From positions 192,001-256,000 of the forward strand of contig CAVUQO010000003.1 of the NCBI GenBank assembly GCA_963743635.1: 64,000 nt of DNA, in the 5' to 3' direction. Source of the stretch: Candidatus Babeliales bacterium. Its GTDB lineage: Bacteria > Babelota > Babeliae > Babelales > Vermiphilaceae. Both the position numbers and the translations under genes were made by a program. A model generated the notes under the pieces. The model had not been told where the DNA came from, did not search any database, and saw only the letters and a list, made by a program, of their open reading frames with translations. Shown here piece by piece: positions 45,730 through 55,477 of this stretch. The stretch's first letter is position 1. Each line of letters opens with the position of its first letter.

Positions 45730-46620
45730 CTATGGTAGGAATGGGCATGCAGTACCAATAACACCGGCAGCGGCAGAAATGCCTTCCACCATAGCTACAT
45801 ATCCGGCTGCACCGTTTGCTGCTGTTGCCACTCCCGCGACAGCGTATCCAGCAACTTCTGCTCCTACAGTCATAACTATTGCTTTGCCAACAGTAACACC
45901 ACCCGCTACTACATTCAATCCAGGGGCTGCATATATTGTTGATGAAACTGCGGCACCAGCTGCTTGTGACACTGCAGTATTTGCTGCTAAAGATGTATAG
46001 CCAACTGCTGGGATACCCATAGTTGCTTCAGTTGCAGCTGCAAATTGAAGTGCTTGAGCAGCCGTGAAAGTTGTCCCACCAAGATTAGCGAATCCAACTA
46101 CGGGAAGACCTTCAAATCCAGCTACTACACTTTGTAAAGCATAAGGAGCTGCTGTAGCTGTTGATTGCATAAGTCCCGCAGTAACGCCAGATTGTGCAGC
46201 GGCTGCGCTTATTGTGGCGCTTGTTCCCAAAGCATGTCCCGCAGTTGCGGTAACTGCAGCACCCGCTATAGTTGATCCAACCACAACGGGAACGCCATAA
46301 CCTATGGCTTTAGCTAATCCAGCTAAAAATGCGCCAAAGAGAGGTCCACCACCATTAAGACGACCGCCTAGGCGAAGTGTATAATCATCGCTATCTTCCA
46401 TCTTATTGAGCTTTAAATAAGCACCAGCTGCAGCAAGCTTTGCAAGCCGCTCTTCTGATATTCCTCTGAGCTCTTTATCGATGAAAGCACGTTGGATGAG
46501 AGATGTTTCATTTTCATTTTCCACAAAGAAATCGTTGCCTTTGTGGGTGAGTTGCATTGCATTGCTTGCACTTACGCATAGCAATGATAAGGCTAGAAAG
46601 CCTTTATTGATTTGTAACAT
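45730..46620 (-). CDS. Exported protein with RLNGGG motif followed by a long Ala/Gly-rich hydrophobic region
   Basis: Signal ending ASNA|MQL; YTLRLGGRLNGGGP; about 200 nearly uncharged residues. Confidence 0.8.
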   Translation of the reverse strand: MLQINKGFLALSLLCVSASNAMQLTHKGNDFFVENENETSLIQRAFIDKELRGISEERLAKLAAAGAYLKLNKMEDSDDYTLRLGGRLNGGGPLFGAFLAGLAKAIGYGVPVVVGSTIAGAAVTATAGHALGTSATISAAAAQSGVTAGLMQSTATAAPYALQSVVAGFEGLPVVGFANLGGTTFTAAQALQFAAATEATMGIPAVGYTSLAANTAVSQAAGAAVSSTIYAAPGLNVVAGGVTVGKAIVMTVGAEVAGYAVAGVATAANGAAGYVAMVEGISAAAGVIGTACPFLP

Positions 46621-46650
46621 ATTGTTACTCCGATATGATTAAACGTACTG

Positions 46651-46827
46651 CTAAACGTCCAACTCATTGGGTAATTTCGTACTCAACGATTGAACTTTTC
46701 CTTCAATCGCTTCAATTACTAGATCTCTCATACTTTTTTCGACCATCGCACTTTTGACCTTGAGCTTCTTGTGCAACTCTAGAGGCAGATCAATGGTGAG
46801 ACGAGTCGATTCCTTCTTGCGTTCCAT
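46651..46827 (-). CDS. 58-aa ribbon-helix-helix (ParG/CopG-like) DNA-binding protein (not in ORF track)
   Basis: MERKKESTRLTIDLPLELHKKLKVKSAMVEKSMRDLVIEAIEGKVQSLSTKLPNELDV; AAGGA RBS. Confidence 0.75.
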   Translation of the reverse strand: MERKKESTRLTIDLPLELHKKLKVKSAMVEKSMRDLVIEAIEGKVQSLSTKLPNELDV

Positions 46828-47360
46828 TATTACTTTCCTTTTATGTAATTACGACTATCAGCTTATCCGTAAATAATGAAGCTGCAAGTAATAAATGAAA
46901 CTGAATTTTGTTAGTAACTTTATCTACTCGATTTTTAAAGTATGTGTGACGCCTTGTCATGAATTGGGCGATTGATTACTGTTTTAGCATACTTTTGATT
47001 GATAAATTTTGGTTCAGATATAAAAGGGGGCTTGATGATTACTTGGATCATAGACCATAAGGATCAGATTCAAAGTAAAGAGAGATATGTCTAAGAACTG
47101 CCCGGGCAGTTGAGAGTGCGTGCATGCACTAGCCTAATTGAAGACCTAATGAGGAGAAAGCCGCTTTAATATTGGATAAACTTATGCTAAGCTCAGCTTC
47201 ATAGTTCCTGAATCTGTCTACTAAGGGACGCACTTTTTCAGCTTCGCTAAAAAAATGCTATTCTAGTAAAGAAGGCGAGTACAGGAGCTCTTCCGTTTCT
47301 TGATGTGGACAGCCATAAATAGCATATGATAATAACCAATTATTTAGGGATTTTTGGGGT

Positions 47361-47951
47361 ATGACTTACTTGTTTCGCAGCCTTTTGGTTGCCCTTATAT
47401 TTTTTTCACATTCAGTAGATGCTGTTAATGATGCGACCATTCCAGAGTCGTCATCTTTGGCTTATGAAGATCGAGAGGTATGCTCATTTCGTCAGCATGA
47501 AATAGAGGATCTTGATGTCATGGGTGCAAGATTTCATGTGGTAGAGTGTTATGTGCAGGATGAAGAAGTGGGATCGTTATCATATGTGAAGATGCCAATA
47601 TTCAATACATACGTGATAGACAGTTTTTATGTGCATCCTGAGTATAGAAACAAAGGCTATGGGAGTGCATTACTCAATCATGCATGCGATTATCTCAAAA
47701 CGATGGGTGCGACTGCTATTTATCTTCAGCCAGGGCCTTTCAATTTGGAAAAGGTTCCCGAAGGCTATATCACCACGGTCAGACCAACTGGCGAACTCTA
47801 TGAGGCAAAACTTCAACAACTGATAGCATTTTATAAAAAGAATCAGTTTCATTTTACGCCAAAATGGGCAACGCCAATTATTTGGTTACTTTATAAAGCC
47901 ATGCGTATTGATGAAAACGCAGAGTATTTAATGGTAAAAAATATACAATAA
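47361..47951 (+). CDS. GNAT acetyltransferase with signal peptide (paralog of 44365-44883)
   Basis: FYVHPEYRNKGYGSALL; 105 bp at the 3' end identical to the paralog. Confidence 0.85.
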   Translation: MTYLFRSLLVALIFFSHSVDAVNDATIPESSSLAYEDREVCSFRQHEIEDLDVMGARFHVVECYVQDEEVGSLSYVKMPIFNTYVIDSFYVHPEYRNKGYGSALLNHACDYLKTMGATAIYLQPGPFNLEKVPEGYITTVRPTGELYEAKLQQLIAFYKKNQFHFTPKWATPIIWLLYKAMRIDENAEYLMVKNIQ

Positions 47952-47968
47952 TATCGAAGGGAATTTTC

Positions 47969-48523
47969 ATGAAAAAATATTTTATAGCGGCTTTTCTTAT
48001 ATATTGCGGCATAGCGCCTCTTGGCTGCAATGCAGATGATATCATTCGTTTATATCAAGAGAGTGATCGTAAGGTTATAAGCAGGTTAGAAAAATGCGTG
48101 TGCCCATTCCGACCCATGTCATACGATGAGATGCGAGCGCGGTATGAAATCAAGCTATATTTTAAAAATGACTACATGATTGGTGTGATAGTCTATGATA
48201 AGAAGGCTTATCAATCTTCTCTTCGCATAGATATCACTAAAAAACATACGCCATATCAGGAGTTTAAGTGTGGCGAAATAGCATTCTTAACGGTAAGGGA
48301 TGAGTACCATCGCCAGGGTGTCGGAACAGCATTGCTTCAAGAAGCATTGAATGATATGAAGAAGAATGGCATTGAAGTAGCGCAAATGTATACGTTTGTT
48401 AATGATATTGCGGCACGTTCATTATTTGAAAAGAATGGATTTTCATTAGCAATGCCTGTTGAAGATCGGGCTAGGCTCTGTTACTATCACATGCCATTAG
48501 ATCTGAGTGTATGGCCATATTAG
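47969..48523 (+). CDS. GNAT acetyltransferase with signal peptide
   Basis: LTVRDEYHRQGVGTALL, N..ARSLFEKNGF. Confidence 0.85.
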   Translation: MKKYFIAAFLIYCGIAPLGCNADDIIRLYQESDRKVISRLEKCVCPFRPMSYDEMRARYEIKLYFKNDYMIGVIVYDKKAYQSSLRIDITKKHTPYQEFKCGEIAFLTVRDEYHRQGVGTALLQEALNDMKKNGIEVAQMYTFVNDIAARSLFEKNGFSLAMPVEDRARLCYYHMPLDLSVWPY

Positions 48524-48695
48524 ACTGTTTGTACCTTCAGCTATTTGTTAAAAAAAATATGAATTCGTAGGACGCAGCTTTAGTAGCTTGCGCCCCAAAA
48601 GATGATTCATAAGTTAAAATAGATCCTCCGGAGAAATTCGGGGGATTTTTTAGTTCAGTTTTCCCCTATAACCGCATATTAGAGTTTGTTAGCCA

Positions 48696-48881
48696 CTAGC
48701 CGAGTGGAAGGCCTAGGGAGTAAAAAGCCGCTTTAATACTGGATAAACTTGTGTTAAACTCGATTTCATAGGTCCTAACTTTGTCTACTAAAAATGAGCA
48801 ACGCCGATTGTTTGGTTACTTTATAAAGCCATGTATATTGATGAGAAAGCGGAGTATTTAATGGTAAAAAAGCCACAATAA
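48696..48881 (+). pseudogene. Deleted remnant of a third GNAT paralog
   Basis: 48696-48790 resembles 47128-47224 (upstream of the GNAT gene) and is fused directly to a degenerate copy of the GNAT 3' tail. Confidence 0.65.
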
Positions 48882-48898
48882 GACCGAAAGAAAAATAT

Positions 48899-49291
48899 AT
48901 GGCTAAATTTATTGGCAATAAAATTGCACGCGATAAAAGCCTAGAAACTTGGAAAGTAGATGGCATTGTTGGTCGGTATCGCTATCTAACAGGCCATGAA
49001 TTGCGGCAGGCATTGCAGCGTAAGCTCGTCGAAGAGGCGCAAGAGGTGCATGATACCAATGATCATCAAGAAGTAATTGATGAGTTGGCAGACGTGCTTG
49101 AAGTGATCGATGGCCTGTGCAAGGCGTATGGCATTTCAAAGGATGATGTTTTAAAGGCCAAAGCAGAGAAGCTGCAACGACGCGGTGGCTTTGAAACTGG
49201 TTTTTACTTGGAAACATTCGAGCTTGATGAAGACAATCCAAAAATCAAATATTTCCGCGCATCCCCTCACAAGTATCCAGAAATTGAATAA
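48899..49291 (+). CDS. MazG-like / PRA-PH nucleoside triphosphate pyrophosphohydrolase
   Basis: K..RD, L..KLVEEAQE, ELADVLEVI, K..RRGGF. Confidence 0.85.
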   Translation: MAKFIGNKIARDKSLETWKVDGIVGRYRYLTGHELRQALQRKLVEEAQEVHDTNDHQEVIDELADVLEVIDGLCKAYGISKDDVLKAKAEKLQRRGGFETGFYLETFELDEDNPKIKYFRASPHKYPEIE

Positions 49292-49331
49292 AAACGAATT
49301 ATTTAATAGTAACAATATCTAAAGGAAAAAC

Positions 49332-49730
49332 ATGGCGACGATTAAATTCGCATGTAAAAAAATTGGCCGAGATAAAGGCTTAGAGAGCTTTAAGGCTCAA
49401 GGCGTTATCCCGCATTATAAAATATTAACCGGGCATGCATTGCGTGAAGCATTGCAGCATAAGCTCATTGAAGAAGCGCAAGAGGTGCATGATACGAGTG
49501 ATCGTCAAGAGGTGATTGAAGAATTGGCAGACGTGCTTGAGGTGATTGATGGTCTTTGCAGCGCATATGAGATTTCTATGCAAGATGTTCTGAAGGAAAA
49601 AGAAAAAAAATGCGAAGAACGTGGCGCTTTTCAAAAAGGCGTTTATATAGATTCGCTTGAAATGGATGAAAACAATCCTAGAGTAGCCCATTTTAGAAAA
49701 TCTCCCGACAAATATCCTGAGATTGAGTAG
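49332..49730 (+). CDS. MazG-like / PRA-PH nucleoside triphosphate pyrophosphohydrolase (tandem paralog)
   Basis: KLIEEAQE, EELADVLEVI, ERGAF; same C-terminus KYPEIE. Confidence 0.85.
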   Translation: MATIKFACKKIGRDKGLESFKAQGVIPHYKILTGHALREALQHKLIEEAQEVHDTSDRQEVIEELADVLEVIDGLCSAYEISMQDVLKEKEKKCEERGAFQKGVYIDSLEMDENNPRVAHFRKSPDKYPEIE

Positions 49731-49748
49731 GCTATCTAGCTCTATTAT

Positions 49749-50036
49749 TTATTCCTCTTCCTTACCAAATACCTTTCGCAACTCAACCTTCGCCTGTTCC
49801 AGGCGTTCTTTATCGCTTACGCTTAATTTTTTGCCAGCTCGATTGATGTAATAATTAAGCATGGACATAGCCGATTGGAATTTCGTTCCATGGGTGCGAT
49901 CACTTTCCAGCACTGCTTTTTTTAACTCACGCGCTATCTCTGGCGCAGATCGGGTAAATATGCCTTCGGGCAAATCCATTGCATTGGATGTCTCATGTAC
50001 TTTTTGAGACCATTTCGTTGGTGCTTTCTTTTTCAT
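49749..50036 (-). CDS. DUF3175-like protein
   Basis: KWSQKV.E.SNAMDL..GIFT, SAMSMLNYYINRAGK, LE.AK.ELR..FG. Confidence 0.75.
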   Translation of the reverse strand: MKKKAPTKWSQKVHETSNAMDLPEGIFTRSAPEIARELKKAVLESDRTHGTKFQSAMSMLNYYINRAGKKLSVSDKERLEQAKVELRKVFGKEEE

Positions 50037-50243
50037 ATATCTCCTCTACGTCCCTTTCATTATCTGAATTATTACGAATAACTCTACCATAAAATTCATG
50101 GTGATTTGCAAGAGTGAAAAATCGCAAGGTCACAATGATGAATTGCTTACATTTTTGGCAATATTCCATCAATTATTGTTTTACAAAAAGAAAAAGGATA
50201 CGTTGCATATACTATTGTATGGTATTGAAAAGGGAGGGGTTTC

Positions 50244-50927
50244 ATGTCTACCCATAGATTATTGAAAATCGTATTATTCATGTTCGTTATCACACAGAGC
50301 CTAGAAATAGAGGCGATTAGTGCGGCAGTCAATGTATGGCACCATCTAAAAAAAGGTAACAAACGCTTTGCAAGATCGAACAAAAGCAAACGCAAAAAAC
50401 TTGCATGTGCAGGACAGAATCCCTGCACCATAGTATTAAGTTGTTCGGATTCACGCGTTCCGCCAGAAGTCATATTTAAGCAAACGATTGGCGATCTTTT
50501 TGTGGTGCGTGTGGCGGGTGAAGTGGCTGATGATGTGGTGGTGGATAGTATCGAGTACGCCGTTGGGCATTTCGATTCAGTATTAATTATTGTGCTGGGT
50601 CATTCACAATGCGGGGCGGTCATTGGTGCTATCAATAGACTCAAGGAAAATAATGGGCAAATAATACCGCAGCCTGGACACATTGATGCTGTACTTCGCC
50701 CCATTGAAATGGCGATTTTGGCGGCAGGTATTGATATTTACGCTCGCAACGCAGTGGAACTTTCTGTGATTGCTAATATTAATTATGTGGCTAATCAGTT
50801 GTTGTATCAATCTCACGATATTTACGATGCGCTTGAAAATGGAACTATTTCAATTATGGGTGCTGAGTACAATTTAGTAAGCGGAAAAGTCTGTCCTCTT
50901 TTCATGTGGAATGCATTACCCAATTAA
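50244..50927 (+). CDS. Beta-class carbonic anhydrase with signal-like N-terminus
   Basis: L..GNKRF, CSDSRVPPE, GDLFVVRVAG, SIEYAV, LGHSQCGAV. Confidence 0.92.
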   Translation: MSTHRLLKIVLFMFVITQSLEIEAISAAVNVWHHLKKGNKRFARSNKSKRKKLACAGQNPCTIVLSCSDSRVPPEVIFKQTIGDLFVVRVAGEVADDVVVDSIEYAVGHFDSVLIIVLGHSQCGAVIGAINRLKENNGQIIPQPGHIDAVLRPIEMAILAAGIDIYARNAVELSVIANINYVANQLLYQSHDIYDALENGTISIMGAEYNLVSGKVCPLFMWNALPN

Positions 50928-51022
50928 TGGTATAGAGTTTCGTTTCAAAAAAATTAAAAATGAAACTCTATATTTTTGATATTTCTTTCATATATCCTGA
51001 CTTCAATAAAGGAGGATTTTTT

Positions 51023-51703
51023 ATGAAGAATTATATGATGATGCGTGTCTACATAATTGCAGTTGTATTCTATGGTCAGATGATCATAGGCAGCAATTGC
51101 GCCAATCTGGCTAAAGAGCCTGCAAATGTCAGTCTGCTCAAAAATGACGTTAAAAAATACCGTGCATCAGGTACATGGGAGCAATCGATAGAATGTAGTG
51201 TCGAAAAAGCGAAGGCGGCATTGCAAGAATATCTGCCCATGACGTTTGAAAAGCCGGCGGTAGTTTTTGATATTGATGAAACGGTGCTTTCTAATTGGAA
51301 AATTATCGAAGCATCAGATTTTGGCTACAATCGTAGACGATACAAACATTGGGAAAGTTTAGCAAAAGATAAACCAATCGTGCCCGTGCGCCATTTATAC
51401 AAATTTGCGCAATCAAAAGGTTTTGCAGTCTTTCTTATTACTGGCCGCAGAGAAAATCAACGCGCAGCAACGGAGCGTAACTTAAAGAAAGCTGGTTTTA
51501 CTCACTGGAATGGCGTGTTTTTCAAACCGATGGATTTTATTGGCACCAAGGCGATGGAATTCAAATCTAAGTGGCGTGCGCATATTAAGGAGATGGGATA
51601 TACCATCGTACTCAATATTGGCGATCAACAAAGTGATTTAGACGGTGAGCCACATGCAATCTATGACTTCAAAATTGCCAATCCTGCCTATTTTATTCCA
51701 TAA
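51023..51703 (+). CDS. HAD subfamily IIIB (class B-like) acid phosphatase
   Basis: VFDIDETVLSN, FLITGR, T..NL...GF, NIGDQQSDL, NPAY. Confidence 0.88.
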   Translation: MKNYMMMRVYIIAVVFYGQMIIGSNCANLAKEPANVSLLKNDVKKYRASGTWEQSIECSVEKAKAALQEYLPMTFEKPAVVFDIDETVLSNWKIIEASDFGYNRRRYKHWESLAKDKPIVPVRHLYKFAQSKGFAVFLITGRRENQRAATERNLKKAGFTHWNGVFFKPMDFIGTKAMEFKSKWRAHIKEMGYTIVLNIGDQQSDLDGEPHAIYDFKIANPAYFIP

Positions 51704-51757
51704 AAAATGCGAGTATGAAAACGTCAAAAAGCAAGAATAATGTTTCGCCATTACTCC

Positions 51758-51855
51758 GATTCCGTTCGCTTCCTTCGCCTATTTTTGATCCCTTTGATAT
51801 GCTCAGGATCAAAGCTCAGGATGAGCGGAAGAGCGTGACGAAGGGTTACGGAATC
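51758..51855. repeat. Cluster of nested REP-like units
   Basis: gattccgt...acggaatc outer arms; ccttcg..(ccctttgatatgctcagg)..gctcaggatgagcgg nested inside. Confidence 0.65.
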
Positions 51856-51901
51856 TGATAATACGGCTCTCTTTAGCTCATTTTGAATTTCAGAATTTGT
51901 T

Positions 51902-52113
51902 TAAAATGAAGCGCTCAACGCGTTAAAACCCGTTGTATCGCGCGGAAATTACGCCATAGCTAAAAACCCGCCTTCGCTCTCCTTCGACCCATTCGACCCT
52001 TCGCCAGGCTCAGGGCTCAGGGTCAGGATGAACGGGAGTCGAACCACGGACGTGGTTTCTGTCGCATTCATCCGCGCGCTAAAGCACGCGGTTTTCAGCG
52101 ACGGCGAATAAAA
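51902..52113 (+). mobile_element. ~212-bp non-autonomous element with IS200/IS605-like hairpins (copy 2)
   Basis: Ends match 13979-14193; centre holds triply nested REP-like units. Confidence 0.65.
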
Positions 52114-52124
52114 GAAAGGGGCCT

Positions 52125-53126
52125 ATGTTTCATATACGTATCAGTGTTGTGATGATGATTGGTGTTGTTTGTTATTATGCTCATGCTGACTCGGCGCAGA
52201 GTCTCTTTGGGTATCCTCTTGCATCATCCATTGGCATTGCGGCATGTCCGCTAACGGTAAATAGTGAAGGCGTGCGCAAGATGGCTGAACGAGGTTTTGA
52301 TCTGATTACCTATAAAACTATTCGTACCGTTGCTATGCCAATTAAATCTCCCGTTATGTATCGCGTTGATGTGCATGAGCAACTGACGCATGAGTGCATT
52401 GGTTCACGCGTATGCATCATCGATCACGAACCAACCCAAGAAGATCGGGCGATTACAAATCTTTATGGCATAGGATCGTTAGATGCTGGTGAAACGATAG
52501 CTGACATTAAAAAAGCGCATGCATTGTTGCCTGAGGGGAAACTGCTGATCGTATCAATCTATGGTTCTGGTAATAATATGGATGAACAAACTCAAGATTT
52601 TGTACAAGCAGCGCAGATTGCAGCTGCGGGAGGCGCCCAGATTATTGAAGCAAATCTTTCATGCCCTAATCTTGCAACGAATAAACTGATGTATAAAGAT
52701 CCAGAGTTGGTCCATGCAGTATGTAGTGCAATCAAGAGTGCGCTTCCCAATATTCATCTGATTATTAAAGTGGGGGTTTTTGATGATGATGCGCAGATGC
52801 GGGAAGCTATACGCGCTGCGTATCGTGGCGGTGCGCGCGGTATTTGCGGTATTAATACGGTGCCGATGCGAGTAGTCAATGCGCAGGGTGATCCGGTATA
52901 TGGCGCAGGGCGCGAAATAAGTGGTCTTTCGGGTGAACCGATTCGCGAGCTTGCTTTAGAATTCACGCGTAATGCGCGCGCCATCATCACGCAAGAGCAT
53001 ATGGATATGATCCTTCTTGCAACAGGCGGTGTTATGAATGCACATGATTATGATGCATTTATTGCCGCGGGTGCCGATGTAGTCCTGTGTGCGACGGCGG
53101 CCTTAATAAAAAGCGCCCTCGATTAA
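52125..53126 (+). CDS. Class 1 dihydroorotate dehydrogenase-like FMN protein with signal-like N-terminus
   Basis: ITYKT, EANLSCPN, IIKVG, GINT, SGLSG.PI, ATGGV, AGAD.V. Confidence 0.8.
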   Translation: MFHIRISVVMMIGVVCYYAHADSAQSLFGYPLASSIGIAACPLTVNSEGVRKMAERGFDLITYKTIRTVAMPIKSPVMYRVDVHEQLTHECIGSRVCIIDHEPTQEDRAITNLYGIGSLDAGETIADIKKAHALLPEGKLLIVSIYGSGNNMDEQTQDFVQAAQIAAAGGAQIIEANLSCPNLATNKLMYKDPELVHAVCSAIKSALPNIHLIIKVGVFDDDAQMREAIRAAYRGGARGICGINTVPMRVVNAQGDPVYGAGREISGLSGEPIRELALEFTRNARAIITQEHMDMILLATGGVMNAHDYDAFIAAGADVVLCATAALIKSALD

Positions 53127-53157
53127 GAGAGCGCTTTTATATTCTATATAATTGGAA

Positions 53158-53757
53158 TTAGTTGAATCGGTAGCCCAAGCCCACACCGAAAATCATACCA
53201 TTCAAATGTGCATCATGCGGAACGGTGCCGATATTAGGACAGCATTCGCCTTTCACTTTTGCAAATGAATAGTTCGCAAAGATATCGACGATGAACGATT
53301 TTGGTAAATCAAAGTAAACGCCAAGTTTTGCGATTCCGCCACAACCCCAATGTGATTGTTCTTGAATCACGTATGGTGAGCAGTCGTTTGTTTTCAACCA
53401 AACCGGAAGTGCGCCCAAGCCAAAATAGAAATCACCACAGCTGAAAGGAACAAAATATTTAAGACCAAGTCCAATTTCAACAAATGTTACTTTGGTAGGG
53501 CTGCAGAAGCATTCGGTATTGCCACTAGTGTGAAATGCGTCAACGCTTAAGAAACCATAGATATGTTTCCAATGACCGCCGGTGATTTCAAAGCCACCAC
53601 CGCCGGTAGCCCGGCCATAAATATCGTTATAGGTATCGTTGGTTGTGATGAAGGCATTTCCTTTGCCTTCGATTAAAACATCATACTCATATGCAACTGC
53701 GGTAAGTGATGTGAGCGTCATGAGTGCTACGAGGCTGTGTTTGATAGTATTCTTCAT
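53158..53757 (-). CDS. Small outer-membrane beta-barrel protein (OmpA/OmpW-like)
   Basis: Signal peptide, GLGLKYF, KLGVYF, terminal GVGLGYRFN; several Cys. Confidence 0.75.
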   Translation of the reverse strand: MKNTIKHSLVALMTLTSLTAVAYEYDVLIEGKGNAFITTNDTYNDIYGRATGGGGFEITGGHWKHIYGFLSVDAFHTSGNTECFCSPTKVTFVEIGLGLKYFVPFSCGDFYFGLGALPVWLKTNDCSPYVIQEQSHWGCGGIAKLGVYFDLPKSFIVDIFANYSFAKVKGECCPNIGTVPHDAHLNGMIFGVGLGYRFN

Positions 53758-53837
53758 TGAGGTTCCTTTTTTTTAAGGATTTAAAATATGTTGATTGCTA
53801 ATCTACTATAGCGTATTGGGTAAATGCAAGCGTTTAT

Positions 53838-55205
53838 TTAACATGAGGTATTAACTGTCACACTCGCGCTAGCAGATTGATTGCCACTTGCATCCACTGA
53901 AACAATGTAATAACTATAGATAATATTCGGTTGGCGATTGTGATCATAAAATTCGAGCGAGGTTGATGAGCCTGCAAGATCAGTTAACGCTGCATCGCGA
54001 TAGATGTTATACGCAGCCGGAGATCCGCTTGCCGGCGCAGACCACGTGATATTATTAATGTAATCAGTTTGGAGTAAGAACACATTCTTAGTTTTGCAAC
54101 CGGATATTGAGTTTGGCGGTAGTATCGAGGTGATTAACAAGATACTGACGCTGCCATTACCGCTACCGCCGGTAGTATTGGTGATATAACCTGTTGATCC
54201 ATCGGGTGTGATTGCCATAGCAAAAGGAGTGTTGAGCGTCATGAGCGGATCCAGAACGTCCACAACGGTGGCATTAGTTGCAGTATCGATAATTGTTACA
54301 GAATCGGCTCTAGGATTCAGAGCATAAAGCGCCTTGCCATCGGGGGTTATTGCAAGATACGTAGGTCCATTGAGCAAAGATAAGGTATCGGTGACATTTG
54401 CGGGCGATGCAATGCTATCAGTTGCAACATCAATTATCGATATTTGACTCGTACTGTTTTGGGGTACATAAGCTGTTGTGCCATCTGGAGTAATCAGAAT
54501 GTCATTAGGATTATAGAATAATCCACTTACATACTGTGTGACGGTATCAGAGATTGCGTTAATGACGTTAATAGTACTGTCAAAGCCACTAGCATTAGTT
54601 ACGTAGGCTTTTGTACCGTCTGGAGTAAATGCAATCCATGTAGGAGCGGTGAAAGGATATAAAATATTGGCGGTAACCAGTCCAGTCACGGTATTGTATG
54701 AAGGGCTTGTTGGATCAGTGTCAATAATACTGACGCTAGGTCCAGATTGATTAGCAACGTATGCCTTCTTGCCATTTGGTGCCATGGTTATGCCGGTGGG
54801 CAGGTTAAAGCTAGAATCGGTAACAGCGCCGGTGACCGTATGTGTTGGAACATCGATAATCCAGACTTTGTGGTTGCTGCGGTCAGTGACGTATGCTCTG
54901 CTGCTATCAGGGCTGAAGGCGGTATCGCGGAGTAACCCAAATAAATAGTCAGTGATAACGGCTGTTACTTGAGCAGGACTTTGTGTAAGGTCGATAACGC
55001 TGATCGTATTAGAGGAAGGATTTGTGTTAATGACATATGCCCAATGTCCGTCGGGAGAGATGGTGATACCGTTCGGGCTATTAAAGGAGGCTGTAGGATC
55101 ATCTACCGTGCCAATTATAGTATTGGGTGCGGTTCCACGCAGACCAGATATCATACATAGTGATGCGCAAATGAGATATAGATTCCGCAAATTCATTCTT
55201 AACAT
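53838..55205 (-). CDS. YVTN/YncE beta-propeller protein with C-terminal FN3-like domain
   Basis: Repeated PDG..AYV.N..VS.ID blades; AGGAG RBS before ATG 55205. Confidence 0.88.
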   Translation of the reverse strand: MLRMNLRNLYLICASLCMISGLRGTAPNTIIGTVDDPTASFNSPNGITISPDGHWAYVINTNPSSNTISVIDLTQSPAQVTAVITDYLFGLLRDTAFSPDSSRAYVTDRSNHKVWIIDVPTHTVTGAVTDSSFNLPTGITMAPNGKKAYVANQSGPSVSIIDTDPTSPSYNTVTGLVTANILYPFTAPTWIAFTPDGTKAYVTNASGFDSTINVINAISDTVTQYVSGLFYNPNDILITPDGTTAYVPQNSTSQISIIDVATDSIASPANVTDTLSLLNGPTYLAITPDGKALYALNPRADSVTIIDTATNATVVDVLDPLMTLNTPFAMAITPDGSTGYITNTTGGSGNGSVSILLITSILPPNSISGCKTKNVFLLQTDYINNITWSAPASGSPAAYNIYRDAALTDLAGSSTSLEFYDHNRQPNIIYSYYIVSVDASGNQSASASVTVNTSC

Positions 55206-55233
55206 GACATTCTCCTTTGATTTTGGATATATT

Positions 55234-55415
55234 TCAGATCTACTACACTTGAGAAGAGTAATCAAGGGCTTCAGCATATCGGTCTTTGAGATAGGTTTCC
55301 CATAATGTTGGGTGCGCATCATTAATCCATGTATCAACCAGTTTGCGAAATTTGGCGGATGTTTTTTTCGTGTGAAAGAGAATGTCTTCTCCCTTTGAAA
55401 CGGCACCATTATAGA
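55234..55415 (-). pseudogene. Duplicated 3' fragment of the sulfotransferase gene
   Basis: 182-bp diverged copy of 56908-57089. Confidence 0.8.
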
Positions 55416-55477
55416 AGGATTTAAAATATGTTGATTGCTAATCTACTATAGCGTATTGGGTAAATGCAAGCCTTTAT

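Noticed and set aside
47096..47130. Perfect 16-bp palindrome aactgcccgggcagtt with an adjacent imperfect palindrome
   Set aside because: Single occurrence in the window with no supportable function
43969..50036. Integrative element or prophage at tRNA-Glu
   Set aside because: No integrase, phage genes or duplicated tRNA 3' end (att site) found
55206..55409. N-terminal extension of ORF 53838-55409
   Set aside because: Out-of-frame read of the duplicated sulfotransferase tail; the RBS supports ATG 55205
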